Under the pieces are notes generated by a model. The model had not been told where the DNA came from. It was given only the letters and a program-made list of their open reading frames with translations, and did no database searches. This document shows, one piece after another, positions 8,662-17,510 of a stretch of DNA of 64,000 nucleotides (positions within the stretch are counted from its first letter, which is position 1; each line of letters starts with the position of its first letter). Origin of the DNA: Candidatus Falkowbacteria bacterium (GTDB taxonomy: Bacteria; Patescibacteriota; Patescibacteriia; Patescibacteriales; Patescibacteriaceae). Position numbers and translations under genes: made by a program. The stretch lies in assembly GCA_903897785.1 (NCBI GenBank), contig CAIUCZ010000030.1, positions 18,212-82,211 on the forward strand, written 5' to 3'.

Positions 8662-10047
8662 ATGGATCTGACAAAAATCAAACGCGCGTATTTCATCGGC
8701 CTCAAAGGCGTGGGCATGACCATGCTGGCGCAATATTTGCATGGCCAGGGGATAAACATTTCCGGCTCGGACGTGGCCGAGGATTTTTCCACCACGGCCG
8801 AGACGTTACGCCGCATCGAGGCGACCATTTTCACTGATTTCAAGATCGGTCGGCTGGCCGGTTATGATTTGATTGTTTATAGCTCGGCTTATACGCCGGA
8901 AAAAAATGTGGAAGTGGCAGAAGCTCTAACGTCAAAAACAAAAACTTTGTCTTATGGAGAGGCCCTGGGCGAAGTGTTTAACCAACACTACGGCATTGCC
9001 GTCTGCGGTTCACACGGCAAGACGACGACGACCGCTTGGCTCGGCTATGTTTTGTGGGCCTCGGGCCTGGAGCCGAGCGTCATGGTCGGTTCGCGCGTGC
9101 CGCAGTTTTCCGGCGCGGCGCTGGTCGGCAAGTCTGATTTTTTAGTCATCGAGGCCGATGAATACCAAAACAAGCTGCAATATTTTGCGCCCAAAGCCAT
9201 CGTGTTAAACAATATTGATTTTGATCATCCGGATTTTTTTAGTGACGAGGCGGCTTATGCGCAAGTCTTTGTTGATTTTGTGGGCAAGCTGTCGGCCAAA
9301 GGTTGGCTGGTGGCTAATTTTGACGATGAGCAAGTGCGTAAAATTTCTGAAAGTTGCAAAGGCAAAGTGATTAGCTATGCCATCGATGCGGAAGCAGATT
9401 TGCGCGCCAGTCAGTTAAAAATCGAACAAGGCCGGCAATATTTTAAAGTCAGTTTAAATGACGAAGACCTGGGTGATTTCTCTTGCCAGTTATTGGGTAA
9501 GCATAATGTCTCCAATGCCTTGGCGGTCATTGCCGCCGGCATTGAGCTGGGCGTATCGTTGGTTAATCTGCGCACCCATCTGGGAAATTTCACCGGCACG
9601 GCGCGGCGTTTGGAAAAAGCCGGGACATACAACGGCGCCTTGATTTTTGATGATTATGCTCATCATCCGACAGAAATTAAAGCCAGCCTTGCCGCCGTGC
9701 GCCAGGCGTATCCGGACAAAAAAATCATGGTTGTTTTTCAAGCCCATACCTTTTCCCGCACGCGGGCATTTTTCAATGATTTTTTAAACAGTTTTGATTT
9801 GGCCGATGAAGTGCTGCTTTTGCCAATCTGGGGCTCGGCCCGCGAACAAGAAACCGAGGGCGAGAATTTGGCGCAAGATTTGGTGGAAAAAATGCGCTTG
9901 CTCAATGAAGAAAAAAGCGTCAGCTACGTTGACAACTTGGAAGAGGCGACCACTTATTTGCACGACAATTTGCACGAGGACGAGGTGGTGGTGCTGATGG
10001 GCGCGACGGATGTCTTTAGGATTAGGGAGAGTTTGCTCAAAAAGTAA
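8662..10047 (+). CDS. murC: UDP-N-acetylmuramate--L-alanine ligase
   Basis: FIGLKGVGMTMLAQ, GSHGKTTTT and the Mur ligase C-terminal domain. ATG at 8662 preferred over the TTG at 8647. Confidence 0.93.
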   Translation: MDLTKIKRAYFIGLKGVGMTMLAQYLHGQGINISGSDVAEDFSTTAETLRRIEATIFTDFKIGRLAGYDLIVYSSAYTPEKNVEVAEALTSKTKTLSYGEALGEVFNQHYGIAVCGSHGKTTTTAWLGYVLWASGLEPSVMVGSRVPQFSGAALVGKSDFLVIEADEYQNKLQYFAPKAIVLNNIDFDHPDFFSDEAAYAQVFVDFVGKLSAKGWLVANFDDEQVRKISESCKGKVISYAIDAEADLRASQLKIEQGRQYFKVSLNDEDLGDFSCQLLGKHNVSNALAVIAAGIELGVSLVNLRTHLGNFTGTARRLEKAGTYNGALIFDDYAHHPTEIKASLAAVRQAYPDKKIMVVFQAHTFSRTRAFFNDFLNSFDLADEVLLLPIWGSAREQETEGENLAQDLVEKMRLLNEEKSVSYVDNLEEATTYLHDNLHEDEVVVLMGATDVFRIRESLLKK

Positions 10048-10054
10048 AATATTA

Positions 10055-10175
10055 TTAATGCGAAAAATGCGAATTGGCATGCGAATACCACGAATTGAAA
10101 CCGCAAAAAATGCGAATTCGAATTCGCGGCTTTCGCTATGCAATTTGCGGTATTCGCATTAATTCGTGGATTCGC
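10055..10175. mobile_element. B-family CGAAT-word element (MITE/REP-like), forward copy
   Basis: ttaatgcgaaaaatgcgaatt ... gaattcgaattc (centre 10118-10129) ... ggtattcgcattaattcgtgg. Near-identical to 61023-61155. Confidence 0.8.
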
Positions 10176-10212
10176 CAGATAAAAAAGACCGTTCAAAATA
10201 ATTTGCAACGGT

Positions 10213-10458
10213 CTACTCTAATAATTTAAACAAAAAATACGCGGTGGCAACGGCAATGGCGATTGGCGCTAAATTTAAATAGCGCTCGCGGATAAACCAT
10301 TTGGTCAGCAGCGGCTCAAAAAAATTATACAAATCTTGTTGTTCGTAAGATTTTTTGCGTTCAACTAGAATTTTTTTGATGCCGGTTTGTGCCAGATAGA
10401 TAAAACTGATCAGGCCGGCGGCAAAACTACAACTGAAAATAAAAATTAATTTTAACAT
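10213..10458 (-). CDS. small hypothetical membrane protein
   Basis: Start moved to the ATG at 10458, which overlaps the upstream gene's TGA (TGATG). Reads MLKLIFIFSCSF... Confidence 0.45.
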   Translation of the reverse strand: MLKLIFIFSCSFAAGLISFIYLAQTGIKKILVERKKSYEQQDLYNFFEPLLTKWFIRERYLNLAPIAIAVATAYFLFKLLE

Positions 10459-10982
10459 CAGCGTCTCGGCGCAAAAAATAATAATCCGATAAGCAAAGAC
10501 CAAACGATAAAAATAATCGCCAGACTAAAGACAAAGGCATGGATCAGTTTGGCTTTGGTTTTTGGCCATTCGAGATGTTTCAAATCCCAAGCCGCATCGC
10601 TGTCAAAATTTTCTTTGCCGCACATAATTTCGGCCGCCAGCCGTTGATTTTTGCCAAACGACCGATTGAACAGCCAGAAAAAAAATAACAGCAAAAGCAT
10701 CAGTCCGACCAAACCGTAAACCAGCAATTCCGTTTGCCAAAAGTTGCCGAACAGCGGCGCGGCAAAAATCAATAACCAGCAAGCAAAAATCGCCAAACGA
10801 TTTTGTTTGATTGATCTTGGCAGCAGTTGAGCCATGTCGGTAAAAATATAGCCGGCACGATAAGATTTGCGAAAAGTCAAAAAATTCTTTAAGCTGTAAA
10901 ATAGCAAGATGGCACTAAATAACGCCAACAAGCCGGTGGCGATGAGCGGTAAAGCCAAACAGGCGGCAATCAGATTAATCAT
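10458..10982 (-). CDS. hypothetical membrane protein
   Basis: 174 aa with 4-5 hydrophobic helices; no recognisable family. Confidence 0.5.
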   Translation of the reverse strand: MINLIAACLALPLIATGLLALFSAILLFYSLKNFLTFRKSYRAGYIFTDMAQLLPRSIKQNRLAIFACWLLIFAAPLFGNFWQTELLVYGLVGLMLLLLFFFWLFNRSFGKNQRLAAEIMCGKENFDSDAAWDLKHLEWPKTKAKLIHAFVFSLAIIFIVWSLLIGLLFFAPRR

Positions 10983-11043
10983 GGTTAAGCTCCAAAATAG
11001 TTAACAAAAGAACTGCCTTGATTTTAGCCACAAAATTAAACAT

Positions 11044-11982
11044 ATGTCAATCAAGATTCAAGAACAAGTGCCTTTAGCCGGTCTGACCTCGTTTCAGGTC
11101 GGCGGCCCGGCCAGATATCTGGTCGAAGTCTCGACGCCCGATGAAGTTGATGAAGCTTTGCAATTTGCCAAAGAAAAAGCTTTGCCGATTTTTATTTTGG
11201 GCGGTGGCAGTAATTTGCTGGTCAGCGACAACGGTTTTACCGGTGTGGTCATCAAGCCGATCGCTCGAGAAGTTAAAATTGAAAATAATCAGATTGTCGC
11301 CGGCGCTGGCGTCGCCTTGGTGAAATTAGTTTTGGCGGCGGCCGAACATGGTTTCTCCGGCCTGGAGTGGGCGATGGGCATTCCGGGCACGATTGGCGGC
11401 GCGGTTTGCGGCAACGCCGGGGCTTATGGCTCATCAATTGATAAAAATGTATCACGCGTCACGGCGATTAATCTTGTTTCCGGAGAGATCAAAGATTTTT
11501 TGGTTGGTGAATGCGGCTTTGCTTATCGTTCCAGTTTTTTTAAACAAACTGGTGAGTGGTTGATCTGGCAAGCGGTATTGAATTTACAACCGGGTAAGCC
11601 AGAAGAAATTAAAGCTTTAGGCAAAAAATATTTGGACGATCGAATGAGCCATCAGCCAAAATTGCCGTCGGCCGGTTGCTTTTTTAAGAATTTTACCATG
11701 GAGCAATTAACCGCCACCAATCCGGAGCTGGTTAAACAAGAAGCGGTGCAAGGCGCGAGCAAGGGCGGCAAGCTGGGCTGTGGCTTTTTGCTGGAGCGGT
11801 TGGGCGTCAAAGGCATGCACGTCGGCGGCGCGACCGTCAGCCCACTGCATGCTAATTTTATTGTTAATGAAAATCATGCCACGGCCGAGGACATTAAAAC
11901 CCTGGCCGAAGAGATTAAGGCTAAAGCGCAAAAAGAATTAAGCGTAACGTTAGCGGAAGAAGTAAGAATGGTCGGATTTTAG
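11044..11982 (+). CDS. murB: UDP-N-acetylenolpyruvoylglucosamine reductase
   Basis: TSFQVGGPARYLVEV, ILGGGSNLLV, GIPGTIGGAV, and SAGCFFKN near the C-terminal domain. Confidence 0.93.
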   Translation: MSIKIQEQVPLAGLTSFQVGGPARYLVEVSTPDEVDEALQFAKEKALPIFILGGGSNLLVSDNGFTGVVIKPIAREVKIENNQIVAGAGVALVKLVLAAAEHGFSGLEWAMGIPGTIGGAVCGNAGAYGSSIDKNVSRVTAINLVSGEIKDFLVGECGFAYRSSFFKQTGEWLIWQAVLNLQPGKPEEIKALGKKYLDDRMSHQPKLPSAGCFFKNFTMEQLTATNPELVKQEAVQGASKGGKLGCGFLLERLGVKGMHVGGATVSPLHANFIVNENHATAEDIKTLAEEIKAKAQKELSVTLAEEVRMVGF

Positions 11983-12000
11983 AATGGAAGAAATAGTACG

Positions 12001-12068
12001 GTCATTCCCGCGTATGCGGGAATCTTTTTGCTATTACACCACGAGATTCCCGCATACGCGGGAATGAC
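12001..12068. repeat. A-family hairpin repeat
   Basis: gtcattcccgcgtatgcgggaatc / gattcccgcatacgcgggaatgac. Each arm is itself a palindrome. Confidence 0.85.
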
Positions 12069-12145
12069 GCTGATTTTTTCGATTGACCAACTCCGCACAA
12101 CCTGCTAAAGTATAATCAGTTTAGAAGAAACTAATCTTGTTTTTT

Positions 12146-13963
12146 ATGTCCAAAAAGAAAAAAAAGTGGTTGTATATCGGTGCGGCAATAATCATTGTGC
12201 TTGGCGCCTATTTTTGGTTAAAACCAAAGAAAACCGCGACTTATACGACAATGGCGGCCGCCCGCGGACCGCTGACCCAGACTGTCAGCGAAACCGGCAC
12301 GATCACGCCTTTGCATGAAATCGACCTTAATTTTCAAAACAGCGGCACCCTGGCCAAACTTGATGTCAAAGTGGGCGACAAAGTCAAAGCCGGACAGGTT
12401 TTGGCCGAGTTAAATTATTCCGGTTTGGCGATTCAGCGAGAGCAAGCCGCGGCGCAAGTGGCGGTCAGCCAGGCCGGTGCCGGCCAAGCGCAAGGCAATT
12501 ACGACACGGCCGTCAAAAATTTGGCCAAATTTAAATTAACAACCCAGCAAAATATCGATCAGCTCGCCAGAACGCTTGACGATTTAAACTCCAAAGACTC
12601 GGCGGCGCAAACCACGCAAGCGCAAAACATTGTCCAAGCGCAAACCGCTCTGGATAATTCTCAAAAAAACGGCCAAAACGCGATTGACGACGCGGCCGGT
12701 TCTTTGGCCACTGACCTGAATAACAAATTTCCGGTCGGTACCACGGCTTTGGATGCGATTAATAAACTATTAAACGACAACGGCGCAAAAAATAATTTGG
12801 GCGCTTTGGATGCCAGCAGTTTAAATCGTACAAATGATAATTATGGCGCGGCCAACAATGCCTTAACCAAAGCGTTAGTCGCGGTTTCCGCGGCTCAAGG
12901 CGCCAACGACAACGCGCAAATTGTCGCGGCCTATAATCAACTGCTCGATGCGCTCAATAAAACCTTGGTGGCACTTAACTCCAGCTATTATCTGTTGCAA
13001 AATTCCATTATTTCCAGTAGTTTTTCTCAAACTTCGCTTGACGGTTATAAAACCGGCATCAACGCGCAAATCTCTAGCGTGACCGTAGCCATTGCCGAAT
13101 TGCAAGGCAGGAAGCAAGCTTATGACGGCGCGGTTCTGGCTTTGAGTTCTAATGTGGCCGCCGCCCAGCAAGCTTTGACCCAAGCTCGGCTTGGTTTATC
13201 GACCAACGTTAAAAGCACGCAAGACGCGCTGACTGCTGCCAAATTGAGCCAGAGCCAGCAGTTAAACACGGCTCAAGGCCAGGTGGATGCCGCGGCTAAA
13301 GCGCTGGCCATTGCCAAAGCGCAAGTTTTATCCGCGCAAGTCGGCGTCGATGTCGTCAAAAATCAAATTAGCAATAGTTTATTGACCGCGCCTTTGGACG
13401 GCATTATCGCCAAATCAAATTACGAAATCGGCGAGCAGGTGACGGCTATGAACGCGGCCAAACCGATTTTTACTTTGGATACGACCAACGCTTATGAAAT
13501 CGATTTGGATGTGGCGGAAACCGATGTCAACAAAATTAAATTAAATCAAGAAGCCGATGTCACGTTTGACGCTTTTGGCAACAGCAAAACTTTCAAAGGC
13601 CAAGTTTATTTTATCGAACCGGCTTCGACGATTATTGCCGGCGTGACTTATTATCAAGTCAAAGTCAGTTTGACTGATGCCAATTTTGCCACCGCCGCTT
13701 CAACTACGGCCACGTCAACCGATTTAATTAAGCCGGGCATGACCGCCAATGTGGTGATTACCACCGCTCAAAAAGATAATGTTTTGGCCGTACCGTTGCG
13801 CGCCTTGATCGACAAGAGCGGTTCCAAATTTTTAAATTTATTGGTTAACGGCCGGAGTGTGGAAACGCCGGTCAGCGTCGGCATTAGCGGCGACAACGGC
13901 ATGGTGGAAATTTTATCAGGATTAAACGCTGGCGATAATGTGATCACCTTTACTTCGAATTAG
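12146..13963 (+). CDS. HlyD/MacA-family periplasmic adaptor (membrane fusion protein) with very long coiled coil
   Basis: N-terminal TM helix, lipoyl-like GDKVKAGQVLAEL and LTAPLDGIIAK, and about 300 aa of Q/A-rich coiled coil. ATG at 12146 preferred. Confidence 0.8.
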   Translation: MSKKKKKWLYIGAAIIIVLGAYFWLKPKKTATYTTMAAARGPLTQTVSETGTITPLHEIDLNFQNSGTLAKLDVKVGDKVKAGQVLAELNYSGLAIQREQAAAQVAVSQAGAGQAQGNYDTAVKNLAKFKLTTQQNIDQLARTLDDLNSKDSAAQTTQAQNIVQAQTALDNSQKNGQNAIDDAAGSLATDLNNKFPVGTTALDAINKLLNDNGAKNNLGALDASSLNRTNDNYGAANNALTKALVAVSAAQGANDNAQIVAAYNQLLDALNKTLVALNSSYYLLQNSIISSSFSQTSLDGYKTGINAQISSVTVAIAELQGRKQAYDGAVLALSSNVAAAQQALTQARLGLSTNVKSTQDALTAAKLSQSQQLNTAQGQVDAAAKALAIAKAQVLSAQVGVDVVKNQISNSLLTAPLDGIIAKSNYEIGEQVTAMNAAKPIFTLDTTNAYEIDLDVAETDVNKIKLNQEADVTFDAFGNSKTFKGQVYFIEPASTIIAGVTYYQVKVSLTDANFATAASTTATSTDLIKPGMTANVVITTAQKDNVLAVPLRALIDKSGSKFLNLLVNGRSVETPVSVGISGDNGMVEILSGLNAGDNVITFTSN

Positions 13964-13974
13964 CCTGCAAAGCA

Positions 13975-14001
13975 AAGAGACGCAAAATCTTGCGTCTCTA
14001 C
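13975..14001. repeat. H-family hairpin (GAGACGCA...TGCGTCTC)
   Basis: gagacgcaaaatcttgcgtctc; the same hairpin occurs at 49653-49676. No T-run; lies inside a presumed operon. Confidence 0.7.
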
Positions 14002-14007
14002 AAATCC

Positions 14008-14730
14008 ATGCCTCTCATTGAACTCAAAAATCTGGACAAAGAATACCGCAATGACGAAGTGGTCACCAAGGTGTTGTTTGATATTACTTTTTCCATTGGC
14101 AAAGGCGAGTTTGTCTCGATCATGGGTCCGTCCGGTTCGGGCAAATCAACCTTGATGCACATTTTGGGCTTTTTGGATCGCGCCACCGGCGGCAGTTATC
14201 ATTTTGAAGGCAAAAAAGTGGCCATGCTGTCCGATGACGAGCTGGCGCGCTTGCGCAATGAACAAATCGGTTTTGTCTTTCAAGCCTTTAATCTCTTGCC
14301 GCGCACCAGCGTCTTGGACAACGTCGCTTTACCTTTGACTTATGTGCGCAAATTGGAATGGCCGAGCATCAATGCCCGCGCCGAGCAAGTTCTGACCAGC
14401 GTTGGCCTGGGGCATCGTTTAAATTATTTTACTAATCAAATCTCCGGCGGCGAAAAACAGCGGGTGGCGATTGCCCGCGCTTTAGTCAATAATCCGGCGG
14501 TGATTTTTGCCGACGAGCCGACCGGCAACTTGGATTCGGTGTCCGGTGTCCAGGTGATGGAGATTTTACAAAAACTAAACGACGAAGGCCACACGATTAT
14601 TTTAGTGACGCATGAAACGTTTACTTCTGAATATGCCAAGCGCATTATTCATGTCAGAGACGGCCGAATTATCAGCGATGAGCCGGTCAAGCATCGAAGA
14701 GTGGCGAAGGATGGGCAAAAGTTGAAGTAG
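14008..14730 (+). CDS. MacB/LolD-type ABC transporter ATP-binding protein
   Basis: GPSGSGKST (Walker A), ISGGEKQRVAIARAL (signature), IFADEPTGNLD (Walker B), VTHE (H-loop). Confidence 0.93.
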   Translation: MPLIELKNLDKEYRNDEVVTKVLFDITFSIGKGEFVSIMGPSGSGKSTLMHILGFLDRATGGSYHFEGKKVAMLSDDELARLRNEQIGFVFQAFNLLPRTSVLDNVALPLTYVRKLEWPSINARAEQVLTSVGLGHRLNYFTNQISGGEKQRVAIARALVNNPAVIFADEPTGNLDSVSGVQVMEILQKLNDEGHTIILVTHETFTSEYAKRIIHVRDGRIISDEPVKHRRVAKDGQKLK

Positions 14731-14795
14731 AATCTGGAATTTAGAATTTGGAATTCGTATTTTCCAGATTCCAGATTCCAGATTCTAAATTCCAT
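14731..14795. repeat. C-family word hairpin (CTGGAAT / ATTCCAG)
   Basis: 14736-14754 pairs with 14775-14793 over 19 bp with one T:G position. It fills the whole ATPase-permease gap. Confidence 0.85.
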
Positions 14796-14797
14796 TT

Positions 14798-16057
14798 ATG
14801 ATGTCCCTCAATTATTACAAATCTCTAATCCTGGCGGCGTGGCGCGGCCTCCTAGCCAACAAACGCCGCAGTTTGCTGACCGCCTTGGGCGTGATTATCG
14901 GCGTGGCGGCCGTGGTGACGATTGTCGCCATCGGCAACGGGGCGCAAGCTTTGATTTTGTCCGAAGTGCAATCGTTCGGCTCCAATTTGATTGGCGTTTT
15001 GCCGGGCAAATCAGAAACCACCGGTCCGCCGGCGTCTGTGTTTGGCGTGACGATTACGACATTAACGACAGCCGATGCCGAAGCCATGGCCGACAAAAAA
15101 AATCTGCCGCACGTCAAATCGGTTGCGCCGTTTGCCCAAGGGGCCGGGACGCTCAACTGGCAAGGCGTCACGTATAGCACCAACCTGTCCGGCACCGGCG
15201 TCGATTATATTGCCACCGAAGGCGGCAATTTGGCGACCGGGCGTTGGTTCACGGCCGACGAAGACAGCGCGTTGGCGCGCGTGGTAATTTTGGGCGATAC
15301 GGCGCGGACACAGTTGTTTGGCAACAGCGATCCGCTGGGCCAGCAAATAAAAATCGGCAATGCTTTTTTTCAGGTGATCGGCACGATGCAAAAAAAAGGC
15401 AGTTCCGGCACGATGGATGTGGATGATCGCGTATTCTTGCCCGTTCAAACTATGCAAAAAATAATTTCCGGCACCAATTATCTGGGTTTGATTCATATGC
15501 AAGTCGATGACAGCAAAAATATCAACCAAACTATTACCGATTTAACAAACTTGTTGCGCGCTCGCCATAACATTACCGATCAATCCGGCAACAGCGATGA
15601 TTTTTCCGTGCGCAGCGGCGCTCAAGCGATTAGTATTTTAACGACGATTACCGACGCCTTGAAATATTTCTTGGCCGCCATGGCCGCTTTGTCGCTCTTG
15701 GTTGGCGGCATCGGCATTATGAATATCATGTTGATTCGCGTCACCGAACGCACCCGTGAAATCGGCTTGCGCAAAGCGGTCGGCGCGCGCTATCAAGACA
15801 TTTTGAGCCAATTTTTAACCGAAGCTACCGTCTTGACTTTGTCCGGCGGCGTCATCGGTATCATTGTCGGTATCGGCATGTCTTGGTTGGTGTCGGTGGT
15901 GGCGACTTACCTTGATTACACTTGGCCGTTGGTGATTTCAGCTTGGTCGATTGTCATTGCCGTAGCTGTTTCCACTTCCATCGGTTTAATTTTTGGTCTA
16001 TACCCGGCGCGCAAAGCCGCCAGATTGGATCCGATTGAAGCTTTACGTTATGAATAA
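14798..16057 (+). CDS. MacB-type ABC permease (FtsX domain + periplasmic domain)
   Basis: N-terminal TM helix, about 230-aa extracytoplasmic domain, then 3 C-terminal TM helices with GIGIMNIMLIRVTERTREIGLRKAVGA. Confidence 0.88.
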   Translation: MMSLNYYKSLILAAWRGLLANKRRSLLTALGVIIGVAAVVTIVAIGNGAQALILSEVQSFGSNLIGVLPGKSETTGPPASVFGVTITTLTTADAEAMADKKNLPHVKSVAPFAQGAGTLNWQGVTYSTNLSGTGVDYIATEGGNLATGRWFTADEDSALARVVILGDTARTQLFGNSDPLGQQIKIGNAFFQVIGTMQKKGSSGTMDVDDRVFLPVQTMQKIISGTNYLGLIHMQVDDSKNINQTITDLTNLLRARHNITDQSGNSDDFSVRSGAQAISILTTITDALKYFLAAMAALSLLVGGIGIMNIMLIRVTERTREIGLRKAVGARYQDILSQFLTEATVLTLSGGVIGIIVGIGMSWLVSVVATYLDYTWPLVISAWSIVIAVAVSTSIGLIFGLYPARKAARLDPIEALRYE

Positions 16058-17327
16058 ATTTTTTAAACCGATTTGGCATTATTTGCAAGGCTCGGTCCGC
16101 GCTCTGCGCGCCAACAAAACCAGAACGATGTTAACGATTCTGGGTATTGTGATCGGCATTGCCACGGTAATTATTGTTTATTCGGCCGGCGAGGGGACGA
16201 AGAGTTTGATCTTGAATCAAATCTCCAGCTTTGGTACGGATATTATTTCTATCCAAGTCAAAGTGCCTAACGGTTTGTCCGGTCAAGCCGGCCGTGCCAA
16301 ATCGGCAACGGCTCTGGCACAAGGCGTGCAGATCACCACCATGGGCTTGGGGGATCTGACGGCGATTAAAAAATTACCAAACGTTATCAACGCTTATGCC
16401 GCGGTCATCAATCAAGATCAAGTCAGTTATCAAAATCAACTGCGCCGCACTTTTTTGATGGGCACCAGCGCCAGCTATTTAGCAATCAATAAGACCCAAT
16501 TAGCGGAAGGTAATTGGTTTAGCGAGGATCAAGACCAAGGTTTTAACAATGTGGTGGTGCTTGGTTCGTCGATCGCTAATAAATTATTCGGCCAGGACGA
16601 TCCGTTGAATAAATACATCACCGTGCATCAACAGAAATTTTTGGTCATCGGCGTCTTAAAATCGGCCGGCGCCGTGGCGTTTATTAATTTTGATGATTTT
16701 TTATACGTGCCGGTGCGCACTTTGCAAAAAAAATTAATGGGCATCAATCATGTTTCGATGATGGTGGCCGAAGTGCAAACTATGGCCTTGGCTGATCAAA
16801 CCGCCGCCGATATCACGGCCACCTTGCGCGCGCGCCACAACATTGACGATCAGACCGGCGGCAAAGACGATTTTTCCGTGGTGACCATGGCCGAAGCCAT
16901 GAAAAATTTAGACACTATTACCAACGCCTTAACCTTTTTACTCTTGGGCATTGTCGCCATTTCTTTGGTGGTCGGCGGCGTCGGCATTATGAATATTATG
17001 TATGTCGCCGTCACCGAGCGCACGGCCGAGATCGGTTTGCGCAAAGCGGTCGGCGCCACTTATAGCGCCATTCTGACGCAATTTTTGGTGGAAGCGATTC
17101 TGATTACCGTTTTGGGTGGCATCATCGGCATTGCCGTCGGCATCGGCGTCTCATTTTTAATTTCTTTGGCCGCCCAGTGGTATGGCCTCGACTGGACTTT
17201 TGTTTTGCCGGCTCAAGGTTTTGCCGTGTCTTTGATTTTTTCTTTTGCCTGCGGCTTGGTCTTTGGCGTTTATCCGGCACGAACGGCGGCGCGGCTGGAC
17301 CCGGTGGAGGCATTGCGCAACGAATAA
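16050..17327 (+). CDS. second MacB-type ABC permease (paralogue)
   Basis: Same architecture, with GVGIMNIMYVAVTERTAEIGLRKAVGA. The ATG at 16050 overlaps the previous gene by 8 nt. Confidence 0.88.
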   Translation: MNKFFKPIWHYLQGSVRALRANKTRTMLTILGIVIGIATVIIVYSAGEGTKSLILNQISSFGTDIISIQVKVPNGLSGQAGRAKSATALAQGVQITTMGLGDLTAIKKLPNVINAYAAVINQDQVSYQNQLRRTFLMGTSASYLAINKTQLAEGNWFSEDQDQGFNNVVVLGSSIANKLFGQDDPLNKYITVHQQKFLVIGVLKSAGAVAFINFDDFLYVPVRTLQKKLMGINHVSMMVAEVQTMALADQTAADITATLRARHNIDDQTGGKDDFSVVTMAEAMKNLDTITNALTFLLLGIVAISLVVGGVGIMNIMYVAVTERTAEIGLRKAVGATYSAILTQFLVEAILITVLGGIIGIAVGIGVSFLISLAAQWYGLDWTFVLPAQGFAVSLIFSFACGLVFGVYPARTAARLDPVEALRNE

Positions 17328-17363
17328 AAAGCATAACGCATAGCATGGAACACGTAACACAGA

Positions 17364-17437
17364 GTTAAAAGTTGAAAGTTATAAAGTTCATAAAGTCAAA
17401 ATTCACTTTATGGACTTTTAACTTTATGAACTTTATA
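17364..17437. repeat. D-family word hairpin (ATAAAGTT / AACTTTAT)
   Basis: gttaaaagttgaaagttataaagttcataaagt / actttatggacttttaactttatgaactttata. Confidence 0.85.
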
Positions 17438-17510
17438 GCTCACGTATCATGTTGCGCATTTTCTTGTTTTCCGCTATAATAATACTAACTTTAAGCTATA
17501 ATTTTTTGTT

